A stretch of DNA of 43,129 nt from Thermodesulfovibrionia bacterium. Its GTDB lineage: Bacteria; Nitrospirota; Thermodesulfovibrionia; UBA6902. Made by a program: the position numbers and the translations under genes. Below the pieces are notes generated by a model. It saw only the letters and a list, made by a program, of their open reading frames with translations. It was not told the origin of the DNA and did not search any database. This document shows, one piece after another, positions 26,525 through 35,900 of the stretch; the stretch's first letter is position 1; the number at the start of each line of letters is the position of its first letter. Location of the stretch: NCBI GenBank assembly GCA_945787795.1, contig CALZJD010000003.1, positions 1-43,129 of the forward strand, given 5' to 3'.

Positions 26525-26995
26525 TCATAACGGCTTTAACAGACATACTGCCTGGGCCACAATTCCTTCTTCTCTTCCAACAGGACCCATGCCTTCATCA
26601 GTCTTGGCCTTGATATTGATTGAGTCCAAAGGTATGCCTGAACCGGATATGTTCTCTTTCATTTTATCGATAAAGGGTTGAAGCTTCGGTCTTTCTGCCA
26701 TGACTAAAGAATCAATCCAGGCGATATCAAGACCCTGCTGTTTCATTAACTGTGTGGTCTTTGCAAGCATGTCCAGACTGGAGGCCCCTTGCCATTTACT
26801 ATCGGAATCAGGGAAATGTCTTCCGATATCTCCTGCACCAAGGGCTCCTAAAATGGCGTCAATGATTGCGTGGCATAAAACATCAGCGTCTGAATGACCG
26901 AGAAGGCCCTTTTCAAAAGGCACATCCACACCACCGAGTATCAGCTTTCTTCCATTCACAAGTTTATGCGAATCATACCCTATACCGATCCTCAT
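26525..26995 (-). CDS. ispF: 2-C-methyl-D-erythritol 2,4-cyclodiphosphate synthase
   Basis: Motifs MRIGIGYDSHKL and GHSDADVLCHAI are present, and the 156-aa length fits. Confidence 0.95.
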   Translation of the reverse strand: MRIGIGYDSHKLVNGRKLILGGVDVPFEKGLLGHSDADVLCHAIIDAILGALGAGDIGRHFPDSDSKWQGASSLDMLAKTTQLMKQQGLDIAWIDSLVMAERPKLQPFIDKMKENISGSGIPLDSINIKAKTDEGMGPVGREEGIVAQAVCLLKPL

Positions 26996-26999
26996 AAAA

Positions 27000-27698
27000 T
27001 TATCTCTCCTGCCTTTCCTTCATCAGAAAAAATTCTACCATATCCATGTCCGCAGGAACAGTTACTTTTATATTATAGGGACTTCCGGGTATCACTCTAA
27101 TCTTTCCGCCCATGTCTTCAATAAGGGCCGCATCATCAGTTGCATGAAGACCTTTTTCATAAGCCAGATCATATGCCCTCCTGATAAGAGTGTAACGAAA
27201 TAACTGTGGAGTCTGTATGGCCCTGATCTTCTGTCTTTTCAATGTTGATACAACGAGGCCATCAATATCTACTTCCTTAAGTGTGTCCTTTGAAGGTCTG
27301 CCCGGAATAACTCCATCAACTCCTTCTAATCCTTTTACAAGATTATTAATTGTTCCTTCAGGAATGACCGGTCTCACCCCGTCATGTATCAGTACAAGCG
27401 GATCGTTATCGATCATTTTTAAAGCGTTATAGACAGAGTCCTGCCGCTCCTGTCCGCCGTTGGCTATTTTCCTGACCTTATTAAGCTCAAATTCACTGGC
27501 AAGTTCTCTCCCGTATTCAATGTCTTCATCGCGGAGCACCGGTATGATTTCAGTAATCAGTTCTTCTATATGGAGCCTCAAAAGCGTAAGGGCAAGCAGA
27601 GGGATTTCATCGACATGAACAAAGGTCTTTCTCCGGGAACTGTCAAACCTCTTCCCCAGCCCTGCTGCCGGGACTATGGCAATAATGCTCTCTTCCAT
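27000..27698 (-). CDS. ispD: 2-C-methyl-D-erythritol 4-phosphate cytidylyltransferase
   Basis: The motif VPAAGLGKRF is present, the 232-aa length fits, and it is adjacent to ispF. Confidence 0.92.
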   Translation of the reverse strand: MEESIIAIVPAAGLGKRFDSSRRKTFVHVDEIPLLALTLLRLHIEELITEIIPVLRDEDIEYGRELASEFELNKVRKIANGGQERQDSVYNALKMIDNDPLVLIHDGVRPVIPEGTINNLVKGLEGVDGVIPGRPSKDTLKEVDIDGLVVSTLKRQKIRAIQTPQLFRYTLIRRAYDLAYEKGLHATDDAALIEDMGGKIRVIPGSPYNIKVTVPADMDMVEFFLMKERQER

Positions 27699-28705
27699 TA
27701 ATGGCGGGCCATTTTAAGTTCTTCCCTGTCCGCTTCCTCTTTAAGCTTTGCAAATATCATTCTGCCGGCAGTTGTCTGCAGGACACTGGTTACGACCACA
27801 TTGACCTGCTGGTTCATCTTTTTTCTGGCATTATCAACGACCACCATTGTGCCGTCATCAAGATACCCCACACCCTGATTTGACTCTTTCCCCTCTTTGG
27901 CAATGAAAATGTTCATCTTCTCACCGGGAAGCACAACCGGTTTCAGTGCGTTGGAAAGCTCGTTGAGGTTAAGCACGGTTACGCCCTGTAATTGGGCAAC
28001 CTTGTTAAGGTTAAAATCATTGGTTATGATCTTGGCTCCCATCATCCTGGCAAGGGCAACTAATTTGGCGTCAACCTCTTTGATCTTGGGGAAGTCCTCA
28101 TCTATGATATTCACCGTCACATTGTTCATTTTCTGGATCTTGTGGAGCATGTCCAGCCCTCTCCTGCCCCTTGTCCTTCTCATGGAATCTGCTGAATCAG
28201 CAATGTGCTGAAGCTCATGGAGAATGAACTGGGGAATGATAAAGGTCCCCTCAAGAAAACCTGCTTCACAGACATCAACGATCCTTCCGTCAATAATAAC
28301 GCTTGTATCAATGATCTTGGCGTATTCTTCCTCAGTCCTGCTTTTAAACGCCTTGACCAGATTGCCGATGGTAAAGTCCTTGCCTGCGCGCAGTCCGAGC
28401 AAAAGACCACTATAACCGAACATCGCATTGAATATAAGGGAAATATAGTCGCCGTCAATGCTGGTAAAAACTGTCTTGATCGGGAAGTAAATCAATTTCG
28501 CGAATATCAATCCAATGGAAAGTCCCACAAGCCCGGCAAAGGCAGTCCCAAAACCGAGGATAGTTGTCAAATATTCAATAATCAGCGCTATCACTCCTAC
28601 TCCTGCGCCCCAGAAGATGCCGTAGTAAGACATGCCTTCCCTTATACCAAGGAAATAACCGCCTGCAACAAAAACCAAGAAAAATATAATTCTGTAAAGT
28701 ATCAT
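27698..28705 (-). CDS. YacL-like membrane-anchored PIN + TRAM domain protein
   Basis: Four N-terminal TM helices, a PIN motif (IIDTSVIIDGRI) and a C-terminal TRAM-like beta domain. The gene order yacL-ispD-ispF matches that in Bacillus. Confidence 0.75.
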   Translation of the reverse strand: MILYRIIFFLVFVAGGYFLGIREGMSYYGIFWGAGVGVIALIIEYLTTILGFGTAFAGLVGLSIGLIFAKLIYFPIKTVFTSIDGDYISLIFNAMFGYSGLLLGLRAGKDFTIGNLVKAFKSRTEEEYAKIIDTSVIIDGRIVDVCEAGFLEGTFIIPQFILHELQHIADSADSMRRTRGRRGLDMLHKIQKMNNVTVNIIDEDFPKIKEVDAKLVALARMMGAKIITNDFNLNKVAQLQGVTVLNLNELSNALKPVVLPGEKMNIFIAKEGKESNQGVGYLDDGTMVVVDNARKKMNQQVNVVVTSVLQTTAGRMIFAKLKEEADREELKMARH

Positions 28706-28742
28706 CGTTCCGGTCCTTTAATGTTTATAAATTTGTTTATAA

Positions 28743-29000
28743 TTATGAATAAATTTTCAGGGTAATATAAAATTTATTTCCCCCCCTGTTAACAAAAAGC
28801 AATGCAGTGTCCCCTTCTCTTAAACTGCTGGTGATTCTGTTGAAGTCATAAAGATCACGCACCTTTTTTTTGTTTATTTCCTGTATGACGTCGCCTTTCT
28901 TTAATCCAACATCTTCTGCAGCAGTGTAAGGCTGTACCCTTACAATAACCACCCCTTTTTCATTTCTGGAAAGATCGAGCTGCTTTGCTATATCCCGCAA
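28743..29000 (-). CDS. HtrA/DegP second PDZ domain, separated from the protease body by a frame change
   Basis: RDIAKQLDL...GVVIVRV...AAEDVGLKKGDVIQEIN is a typical PDZ2. The ORF-track start is TTG and overlaps the end of 28960-30108. Confidence 0.6.
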   Translation of the reverse strand: MRDIAKQLDLSRNEKGVVIVRVQPYTAAEDVGLKKGDVIQEINKKKVRDLYDFNRITSSLREGDTALLFVNRGGNKFYITLKIYS

Positions 29001-30108
29001 CTTTGATCTTGAGCGGCTTGCTGTTTCTTATAATATGCAGATTAATATTACTCCCGACCTTTGTCTGGGAGACCAGGTTTCTCAGCGCCTCAACGTTTCT
29101 TATATCTTTTCCATTTACCTTGAGAATTACATCGCCCCTTTTAACCCCGGCCATGTCTGCCGGGCTCCCCTTAAACACGTCTGTAACCAGTGCTCCGGCC
29201 AGTTTCTCAAGACCAAATTCCTTTGCAAGTTCAGGCGTAAAATTCTGAATAGTCACCCCGAGCCATCCCCGTGTTACCTTGCCGTCCTTGATCAGCTGTG
29301 TCATGACCGACTTTGCCATATTGCTCGGCACAGCAAATCCAATTCCCTGGTATCCGCCTGTCCTGGAAAAAATAGCAGTATTAATCCCGACAAGTTCTCC
29401 TTTAACATTTACCAGCGGCCCCCCGGAATTTCCCGGGTTAATGGCTGCATCAGTCTGAATAAAGTCCTCATAATCAGCTATGCCCACATTCGCACGTCCC
29501 ATGGCGCTGACTATTCCCATGGTGACGGTATGTCCAAGGCTGAATGGATTGCCAAAAGCCAGAACAAACTCACCCACCTGCAGTGATTCAGAATTTCCCC
29601 AGTTAATCTGAGGGAGGTCATCGGCAGATATCTTTATTACCGCAATATCAGTCTTTGGGTCCGTACCTATAATTTTACCCCTGTAATTCTGCTGGTCATA
29701 TAATGTCACGGTGATCTCATCAGCCTTTTCAACAACATGATTATTTGTGATGATATATCCGTCTGATGAAACAAGTACGCCGGAACCAAGACTTTGCTCT
29801 TTCCATTTTTTAGGCATGCTAAAGGGATCAAATAAGTCCTGAAGCGATCCATCAAAAAAATCGGAAAATGGCGAAGAATCTTTTTTGGAGACTGTCTTGG
29901 AAGTGGAAATATTTACGACAAGAGGACTGATCACCTTGACTATATCTGAAAAGGCGCTGCCCTCACCCTTCAGGGATTGAGGAATCTGAATATTATACGT
30001 ATACGGGGTTCTGGACTTTTTACCAGTAAATATTTGTCCCTTTTTGCCGATTGCATATCCCACAATCAATGTAATTATAAGAATTAAAAGAAAAGATGAT
30101 TTTTTCAT
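28960..30108 (-). CDS. htrA: HtrA/DegP/DegQ serine protease (signal peptide, trypsin domain, PDZ1)
   Basis: The catalytic triad context is TNNHVV, DIAVIK and GNSGGPL. PDZ1 shows GDVILKVNG. The ORF ends in non-homologous residues AGYSKAARSFQK. Confidence 0.85.
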   Translation of the reverse strand: MKKSSFLLILIITLIVGYAIGKKGQIFTGKKSRTPYTYNIQIPQSLKGEGSAFSDIVKVISPLVVNISTSKTVSKKDSSPFSDFFDGSLQDLFDPFSMPKKWKEQSLGSGVLVSSDGYIITNNHVVEKADEITVTLYDQQNYRGKIIGTDPKTDIAVIKISADDLPQINWGNSESLQVGEFVLAFGNPFSLGHTVTMGIVSAMGRANVGIADYEDFIQTDAAINPGNSGGPLVNVKGELVGINTAIFSRTGGYQGIGFAVPSNMAKSVMTQLIKDGKVTRGWLGVTIQNFTPELAKEFGLEKLAGALVTDVFKGSPADMAGVKRGDVILKVNGKDIRNVEALRNLVSQTKVGSNINLHIIRNSKPLKIKVAGYSKAARSFQK

Positions 30109-30295
30109 TAATCAAATTATACATCCCATGGTTTGACCTTGTAAACCCTCCATAATTAATCATAATTTTACATATAGTTAGAACTTTTACTTATCGCGTC
30201 ATTAAAATTAATAATATCAGAGTGCTATTTCCAAATAAAGGCAAAAGACAACTCATTGACTACCACATATCTTATCAGGAGAATATAGTCTCATT

Positions 30296-31660
30296 ATGAA
30301 TATTCGTAACAGAAAAAAACATATTGAAGGGCTTGATAAGAAGTTCCTCTGGCATCCATTTACACAGATGAAAGAATGGGAGGCCCACACCCCCCTGATT
30401 ATTACTGAAGGCAGGGGCTCATTTCTTAAGGACATGTATGGCAAATGGTACATAGACGGCGTATCTTCCCTGTGGGTAACTGTCCATGGTCATGGGAAAA
30501 AAGAGATTGATGATGCAATAAAGGACCAGGTCGACAAGATCAGCCATTCCACTCTCCTCGGCCTTACCCATCCTCCAGCTGCAACTTTGGCTGAAATGCT
30601 GGTCAAAATAGCCCCGAAAGGTCTTTCCCGGGTATTTTATTCTGACAGCGGTTCCACCGCCGTAGAGATTGGTCTAAAAATGGCATATCAGTACTGGAAG
30701 CTCAGGGGAGTAAAAAACAAAACAGGTTTCCTGTCTCTCAATAATGCATACCACGGCGATACCATAGGCGCGGTAAGTGTAGGGGGAATCGATTTATTTC
30801 ATAATACATTCGCCCCTCTGCTTTTCAATACCTATCAGGCGCCTTCCCCGTACTGTTACCGCTGTGAACTCGGGAAACAATATCCGACCTGCAACATGCT
30901 CTGCCTTGAAAAAATGGAAGCGCTCCTCAAGAGACGTCATGAAGAAATTGCAGCGATAATTATTGAACCCCTTGTACAGGGGGCCGGGGGCATGCTTGTC
31001 TCTCCTCCCGAATATTTAAAGGGTGTTAAGAGATTGTGCAGAAAGTACAATGTCCTTATGATAGCTGATGAGGTTGCCACAGGCTTTGGAAGGACCGGAA
31101 AGATGTTTGCCTGTGAACATGAAAACATACGTCCTGATATTCTCTGTCTTGCAAAAGGCATAACAGGCGGTTATCTTCCGCTCGCAGCAACCATAACAAC
31201 AGAAAAGATGTACCGGCAGTTTCTGGGAAAATATAAAGACTTTAAAACTTTCTTCCACGGGCATACGTATACAGGCAATCAGCTTGCCTGTTCTTCTGCC
31301 ATAGCAAGCCTCAATATATTTAAAAAAGAAAAAACCATCCGTAATATGCAGAAGAAAATCTCCACGCTGGCAAAAGCCCTTCAGCCTGTTGCTGAATTTT
31401 CCCATGTAGGTGATGTCCGGCAAAAGGGATTTATGACAGGGATCGAGCTTGTTAAAAACAAAAAAACAAAAGAGCCCTATCCAGTTGAAAAAAGAACGGC
31501 CTGGCAGGTCTGTAACAGGGCAAGGGAAAAAGGACTTCTCATAAGGCCGCTTGGTGATGTGATCGTATTGATGCCGCCACTCAGCATTTCAATCCCGGAA
31601 TTAAAAAGCCTCGTACGAATAATTGCCGAGGCTATAAAAGAAGTAACCGAAAATGACTAA
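30296..31660 (+). CDS. bioA: Adenosylmethionine-8-amino-7-oxononanoate aminotransferase
   Basis: The N-terminal WHPFTQ, class-III aminotransferase motifs, the PLP lysine context LCLAKGITGGYLPL and the 454-aa length all fit. Confidence 0.88.
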   Translation: MNIRNRKKHIEGLDKKFLWHPFTQMKEWEAHTPLIITEGRGSFLKDMYGKWYIDGVSSLWVTVHGHGKKEIDDAIKDQVDKISHSTLLGLTHPPAATLAEMLVKIAPKGLSRVFYSDSGSTAVEIGLKMAYQYWKLRGVKNKTGFLSLNNAYHGDTIGAVSVGGIDLFHNTFAPLLFNTYQAPSPYCYRCELGKQYPTCNMLCLEKMEALLKRRHEEIAAIIIEPLVQGAGGMLVSPPEYLKGVKRLCRKYNVLMIADEVATGFGRTGKMFACEHENIRPDILCLAKGITGGYLPLAATITTEKMYRQFLGKYKDFKTFFHGHTYTGNQLACSSAIASLNIFKKEKTIRNMQKKISTLAKALQPVAEFSHVGDVRQKGFMTGIELVKNKKTKEPYPVEKRTAWQVCNRAREKGLLIRPLGDVIVLMPPLSISIPELKSLVRIIAEAIKEVTEND

Positions 31661-31705
31661 GAATCCTGGTGTTGTATCAACCTAGATTTGTCGGATTGAT
31701 TGGAT

Positions 31706-31775
31706 TGTCATTCCCGCAAGCGAAGCGCGCCGGGAATCCCATAAAAAGTAAGATTCCGGACAAGCCGGAATGACA
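31706..31775. repeat. TGTCATTCC nested-palindrome repeat between bioA and a small convergent ORF
   Basis: The ends are tgtcattcccgc..cgggaatccc ... gattccggacaagccggaatgaca. Confidence 0.8.
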
Positions 31776-31794
31776 TCTTACACTTGACATGACA

Positions 31795-31956
31795 CTAGTT
31801 TTTTCTTCTCTCTATAAACTCTTCCAGATATTCCAACAGAGCAGGATCACTGATCGAGACTGCGTATAACTCATCCTGTGAATCACACTTGCAATATGTC
31901 AAAAAATCCTTATGCAGCTTCTTTTCATCAACATTCACTACCATATAATTGTACAT
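31795..31956 (-). CDS. Small hypothetical protein (53 aa; 68 aa if the upstream ATG is used)
   Basis: The ORF has a GAGGTG RBS before MYNYMVVNVDEKK. I recognise no family. Confidence 0.35.
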   Translation of the reverse strand: MYNYMVVNVDEKKLHKDFLTYCKCDSQDELYAVSISDPALLEYLEEFIERRKN

Positions 31957-32152
31957 GTTCACCTCTTCTTCTACCTGAGTTCTTAATTTATTTATCGGCA
32001 TTTACAGGCATAATCTTTAGTTGAAACACGTAAAGCAGTACACGTTCACTATAACGGGACAGAGACACATCCCTTTATGACGTATCCCTTCTCATAATCG
32101 AATGACATAGTTTTTTTTGAAATGCTAAAATAGCATCTGCTGTCATTCGCCA

Positions 32153-32824
32153 TTGGAGAAATCATCGATGAAATTAATACATTTTTACAGGACACCTATC
32201 CTTTCTGAATCAGAGAATCAAGCGCTTCTGGCAGCTGTTCAATCCCGTGTTTCAGGGAATATTGGTGATATACAGACAGAACACTGTTTCAATATTGCTG
32301 TTGAGAAAGCATTAACACCAGATGAAATGAAAGTCCTGATCTGGCTTCTGTCCGAGACATTTGAACCCGACAAATTTTCTGATAAGAGTTTTTTAACTGA
32401 TGACAAAGCACCCCCCTTTAATTCCCCCCTTACCAAGGGGGAACACAGGGGGGGCATTCTTGAAGTCGGCCCAAGGATGAACTTCAGCACAGCATGGTCC
32501 ACAAATGCCGTTTCAATCTGTCATGCCTGTGGATTGAAAAAAATATCCAGAATTGAACGTTCCCGAAGATATCAATTTGTATTCAGCAAAGATGCGCCAT
32601 TGAGCAGTGAACAAATTGCAGGCATATACTCGTCACTCGTTACTGATCACGCGTCACTGCTGTACGACCGGATGACAGAATGTCACTACCCTGAACAGTT
32701 ATCAACATTTGAAACCGGTATGAAGCCTGAACCTGTTATTGAGATCCCATTAATTGAGCAGGGAAAAGAGGCGCTTGAAACTGGGACCTTGATTACTATT
32801 ACAACCTGTTCGTTAAGGACATAG
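32153..32824 (+). CDS. purL: Phosphoribosylformylglycinamidine synthase (large single-chain type), N-terminal fragment
   Basis: It aligns by eye to the E. coli PurL N-terminal domain (...VGPRMNFSTAWSTNAVSICHACGL...YDRMTE...). The frame is lost near 32778. The start is TTG. Confidence 0.8.
   Translation: MEKSSMKLIHFYRTPILSESENQALLAAVQSRVSGNIGDIQTEHCFNIAVEKALTPDEMKVLIWLLSETFEPDKFSDKSFLTDDKAPPFNSPLTKGEHRGGILEVGPRMNFSTAWSTNAVSICHACGLKKISRIERSRRYQFVFSKDAPLSSEQIAGIYSSLVTDHASLLYDRMTECHYPEQLSTFETGMKPEPVIEIPLIEQGKEALETGTLITITTCSLRT
32411..32454. repeat. C/G-run nested palindrome inserted in frame in purL (encodes PPFNSPLTKGEHRGG)
   Basis: The sequence is cccccctttaattccccccttaccaagggggaacacaggggggg. 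The inner stem is CCCCCTT/AAGGGGG and the outer stem is CCCCCCT/AGGGGGG. Confidence 0.7.
32627..32656 (+). repeat. In-frame 30-nt CGTCAC-heptamer cassette inside purL, encoding YSSLVTDHAS
   Basis: TACTCGTCACTCGTTACTGATCACGCGTCA is 24/30 identical to the cobU copy and in the same reading phase. Its position corresponds to a gap relative to E. coli PurL (..VAAELHDRMME..). Confidence 0.7.
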
Positions 32825-32949
32825 GCAGAAACCCTACCAATGTTGAATGCTTTGACCTGAGCCAGTCTAACAGTGAACACTCACGGCACTGGTTTTTTAA
32901 AGGCCAACTGATTGTTGACGGGAAAGAGGCACCGCATGACCTGATTGAA

Positions 32950-35900
32950 TTGATAAAGAAACCGCTTGATGCACATCCAAATAACAGTATTATTGCCTTT
33001 AAAGATAACTCCAGTTCTATAAGGGGATATTCTATTGAAACCATTGTTCCTGAACATCCGGGACAGTCTTCCCTGTTTACCATATCAGCTTCCCGGTACG
33101 ATCCGATATTTACTGCGGAAACTCATAACTTTCCGAGCGGTGTTGCTCCTTTTCCCGGCGCTGAGACCGGCACGGGCGGAAGGATCAGGGATGTTCAGGC
33201 AACCGGCAGGGGAGGACTTGTCATTGCAGGAACAGCTGCTTACTGTGTCGGCAACCTCATGGTGCCGGGATATGATCTTCCCTGGGAAGATAAGAGTTTT
33301 GAGTATCCTGAAAACCTTGCTTCTCCTTTAGAAATAGAGATCCAGGCAAGCAACGGCGCTTCTGATTATGGAAACAAATTTGGCGAGCCCGTTATTCAGG
33401 GATATACGCGGTCTTTTGGCATGAGGCTCAATTCCGGAGAGAGATATGAATGGATAAAACCGATCATGTTCACCGCAGGTGTTGGCCAGATGGACTCGGG
33501 ACATATCGAAAAAGGCGCCCCTAACACAGGCATGCTCGTTGTAAAAATCGGCGGGCCTGCCTATAGAATCGGTATAGGAGGCGGTGCCGCTTCCAGCATG
33601 ATTCAGGGAGAAAATATTGCTGAGCTGGACTTCAATGCGGTACAGCGCGGTGATGCAGAAATGGAACAGAAAATGAACCGCGCCCTTCGCACCTGTATTG
33701 AACTTGGGGAAGCAAATCCTGTAATTAGCATCCATGATCAGGGCGCAGGAGGAAACTGTAATGTTGTCAAGGAAATCATTTATCCGGCAGGAGCAAAGAT
33801 CGAGGTCAGAAAGATCCAGCTTGGTGATAACACCCTGTCCGTCCTGGAAATATGGGGGGCAGAATATCAGGAGCAAAATGCACTTTTAATAGAGCAAAAC
33901 AGCATTGATATATTTGAAAACATCTGTAACCGGGAAAAAGTCCCCTTTGCCGTTATTGGCCGTATATCAGGAGACGGCAGGATTGTACTGTATGATGAAA
34001 AAGATGACAGCACGCCTGTAAATCTGGATCTGGAAAAAGTTCTGGGTGACATGCCGCAAAAGACGTTTACCCTGGACCGTTTACACACTCAGGCAACTCC
34101 TCTACAGCTGCCTGAAGACATTACCATAAAAAGCGCACTGGAAAGAGTGCTGCGGCTGGTGTCGGTTGGCTCCAAGAGATTTCTTACAAATAAAGTTGAC
34201 CGCAGCGTGACCGGATTAATTGCACGCCAGCAGTGCTGCGGTCCTCTGCAGTTAACCGTTGCAGATGTGGCTGTCGTTGCCCAGAGCCACCTTGGTCTGA
34301 CAGGGGCGGCCATTTCAATAGGTGAACAGCCATTAAAGACCCTCCTTGATCCTGCTGCCATGGCGCGCATGAGTGTTGGCGAGGCGATTACAAATATTGT
34401 GTGGGCCAGATTAAGCGCCTTTGAAGATATTAAATGTTCGGGAAACTGGATGTGGGCTGCAAAACTTCCCGGAGAAGGTGCCCTGCTGTATGATGCTGCT
34501 GTTGCACTCAGCAATATGCTCACTGACCTTGGTATAGCCATAGACGGCGGAAAAGACAGCCTTTCCATGGCTACGCAGGTCAGAAGTAAAAACGGAACCT
34601 CTGAAACCGTCAAATCTCCGGGCACGCTTGTTATCTCTGCATATGCTACATGCCCTGATATAACAAAGGTAATTACCCCGGACATAAAACTACCCGGCAA
34701 CAGCAAATTGATGTATATCGATTTGGGAGAAGGAAAGAACCGCATGGGAGGCACCGCACTGGCGCAGGTGTTTAATCAAACAGGCGATGAATCGCCTGAT
34801 GTTAATGACCCTCTGCAATTAAAAAAAGCTTTTACAGCCATTCAGACATTGATTGAAAATGACCTTATCTTATCAGGCCATGACAGGAGTGACGGCGGTC
34901 TCATCACAACATTGCTTGAAATGGCCTTTGCGGGAAACTGCGGAATGGAAATAACTACAGGGGTCAGGGGTAATGGGTCAGAGGTAATGGGAGAAGATAT
35001 TATTGCAGAGCTTTTTTGTGAAGAATTGGGACTTGTTATTGAATACCTTCCTGATCATGAAGCACAGATATCCTCTTTACTGCAGGAATTAAACGTTCCA
35101 TATCAAATAGTCGGAAAAACTCATACTGATACAAATATTAAAGTGACTGTCAATGAAAATGTCGTTCTTGATGAAAAGATGATAGCCCTGCGAAATATCT
35201 GGGAAGAGACCAGTTATGAACTTGAGAAGCTCCAGGCAGATCCTGCATGCGCAGAAGAAGAAAGAAAGAATATATTCGACAGAAAAGGACCTGATTACCG
35301 TTTGAGATTTACTCCTGAAGATACCCCTGATGTGATAATAAAGAGTGATAAAAAACATAAAGTGGCAATCATCCGGGAAGAAGGCAGCAACAGTGACAGG
35401 GAAATGACCTCTGCTTTTTACCGGGCCGGTTTTGAGACATGGGATGTTGCCATGACCGATTTCCTTGAAGACAGGATCAGGCTTTCCGATTTCAGGGGCG
35501 TGGCCTTTGTCGGGGGGTTCAGCTATGCCGATGTGCTTGATTCGGCAAAAGGCTGGGCCGGGGTTATCAGGTTTAATGAAAAAATATGGGACGAATTCCA
35601 GAATTTTTATAAGAGACCTGATACCTTCAGCCTTGGTGTCTGCAACGGGTGCCAGTTAATGGCCCTGCTTGGCTGGATTCCATGGCAGGGGATAGAGGAC
35701 AATATCCAGCCGCGGTTTATTCATAACAGGTCCGGAAGGTTTGAGTCCCGGTTTTCATCAGTGAAAATACTTTCCAGTCCATCACTCATGTTAAAAGGTA
35801 TGGAAGATTCGGTCCTCGGGATATGGGTGGCCCATGGTGAAGGCAGGGCATATTTCCCTGACAGGGACATTCTGAAGAAGATTAATGATGATAATCTGGC

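Noticed and set aside
34089-34754. 221-aa ORF antisense to purL, together with similar long antisense ORFs at 33328-33876, 22745-23206, 28205-28765 and 29035-29586
   Set aside because: Each lies fully inside a well-supported CDS on the other strand. They have low-complexity composition and no motifs, which is typical of shadow ORFs.
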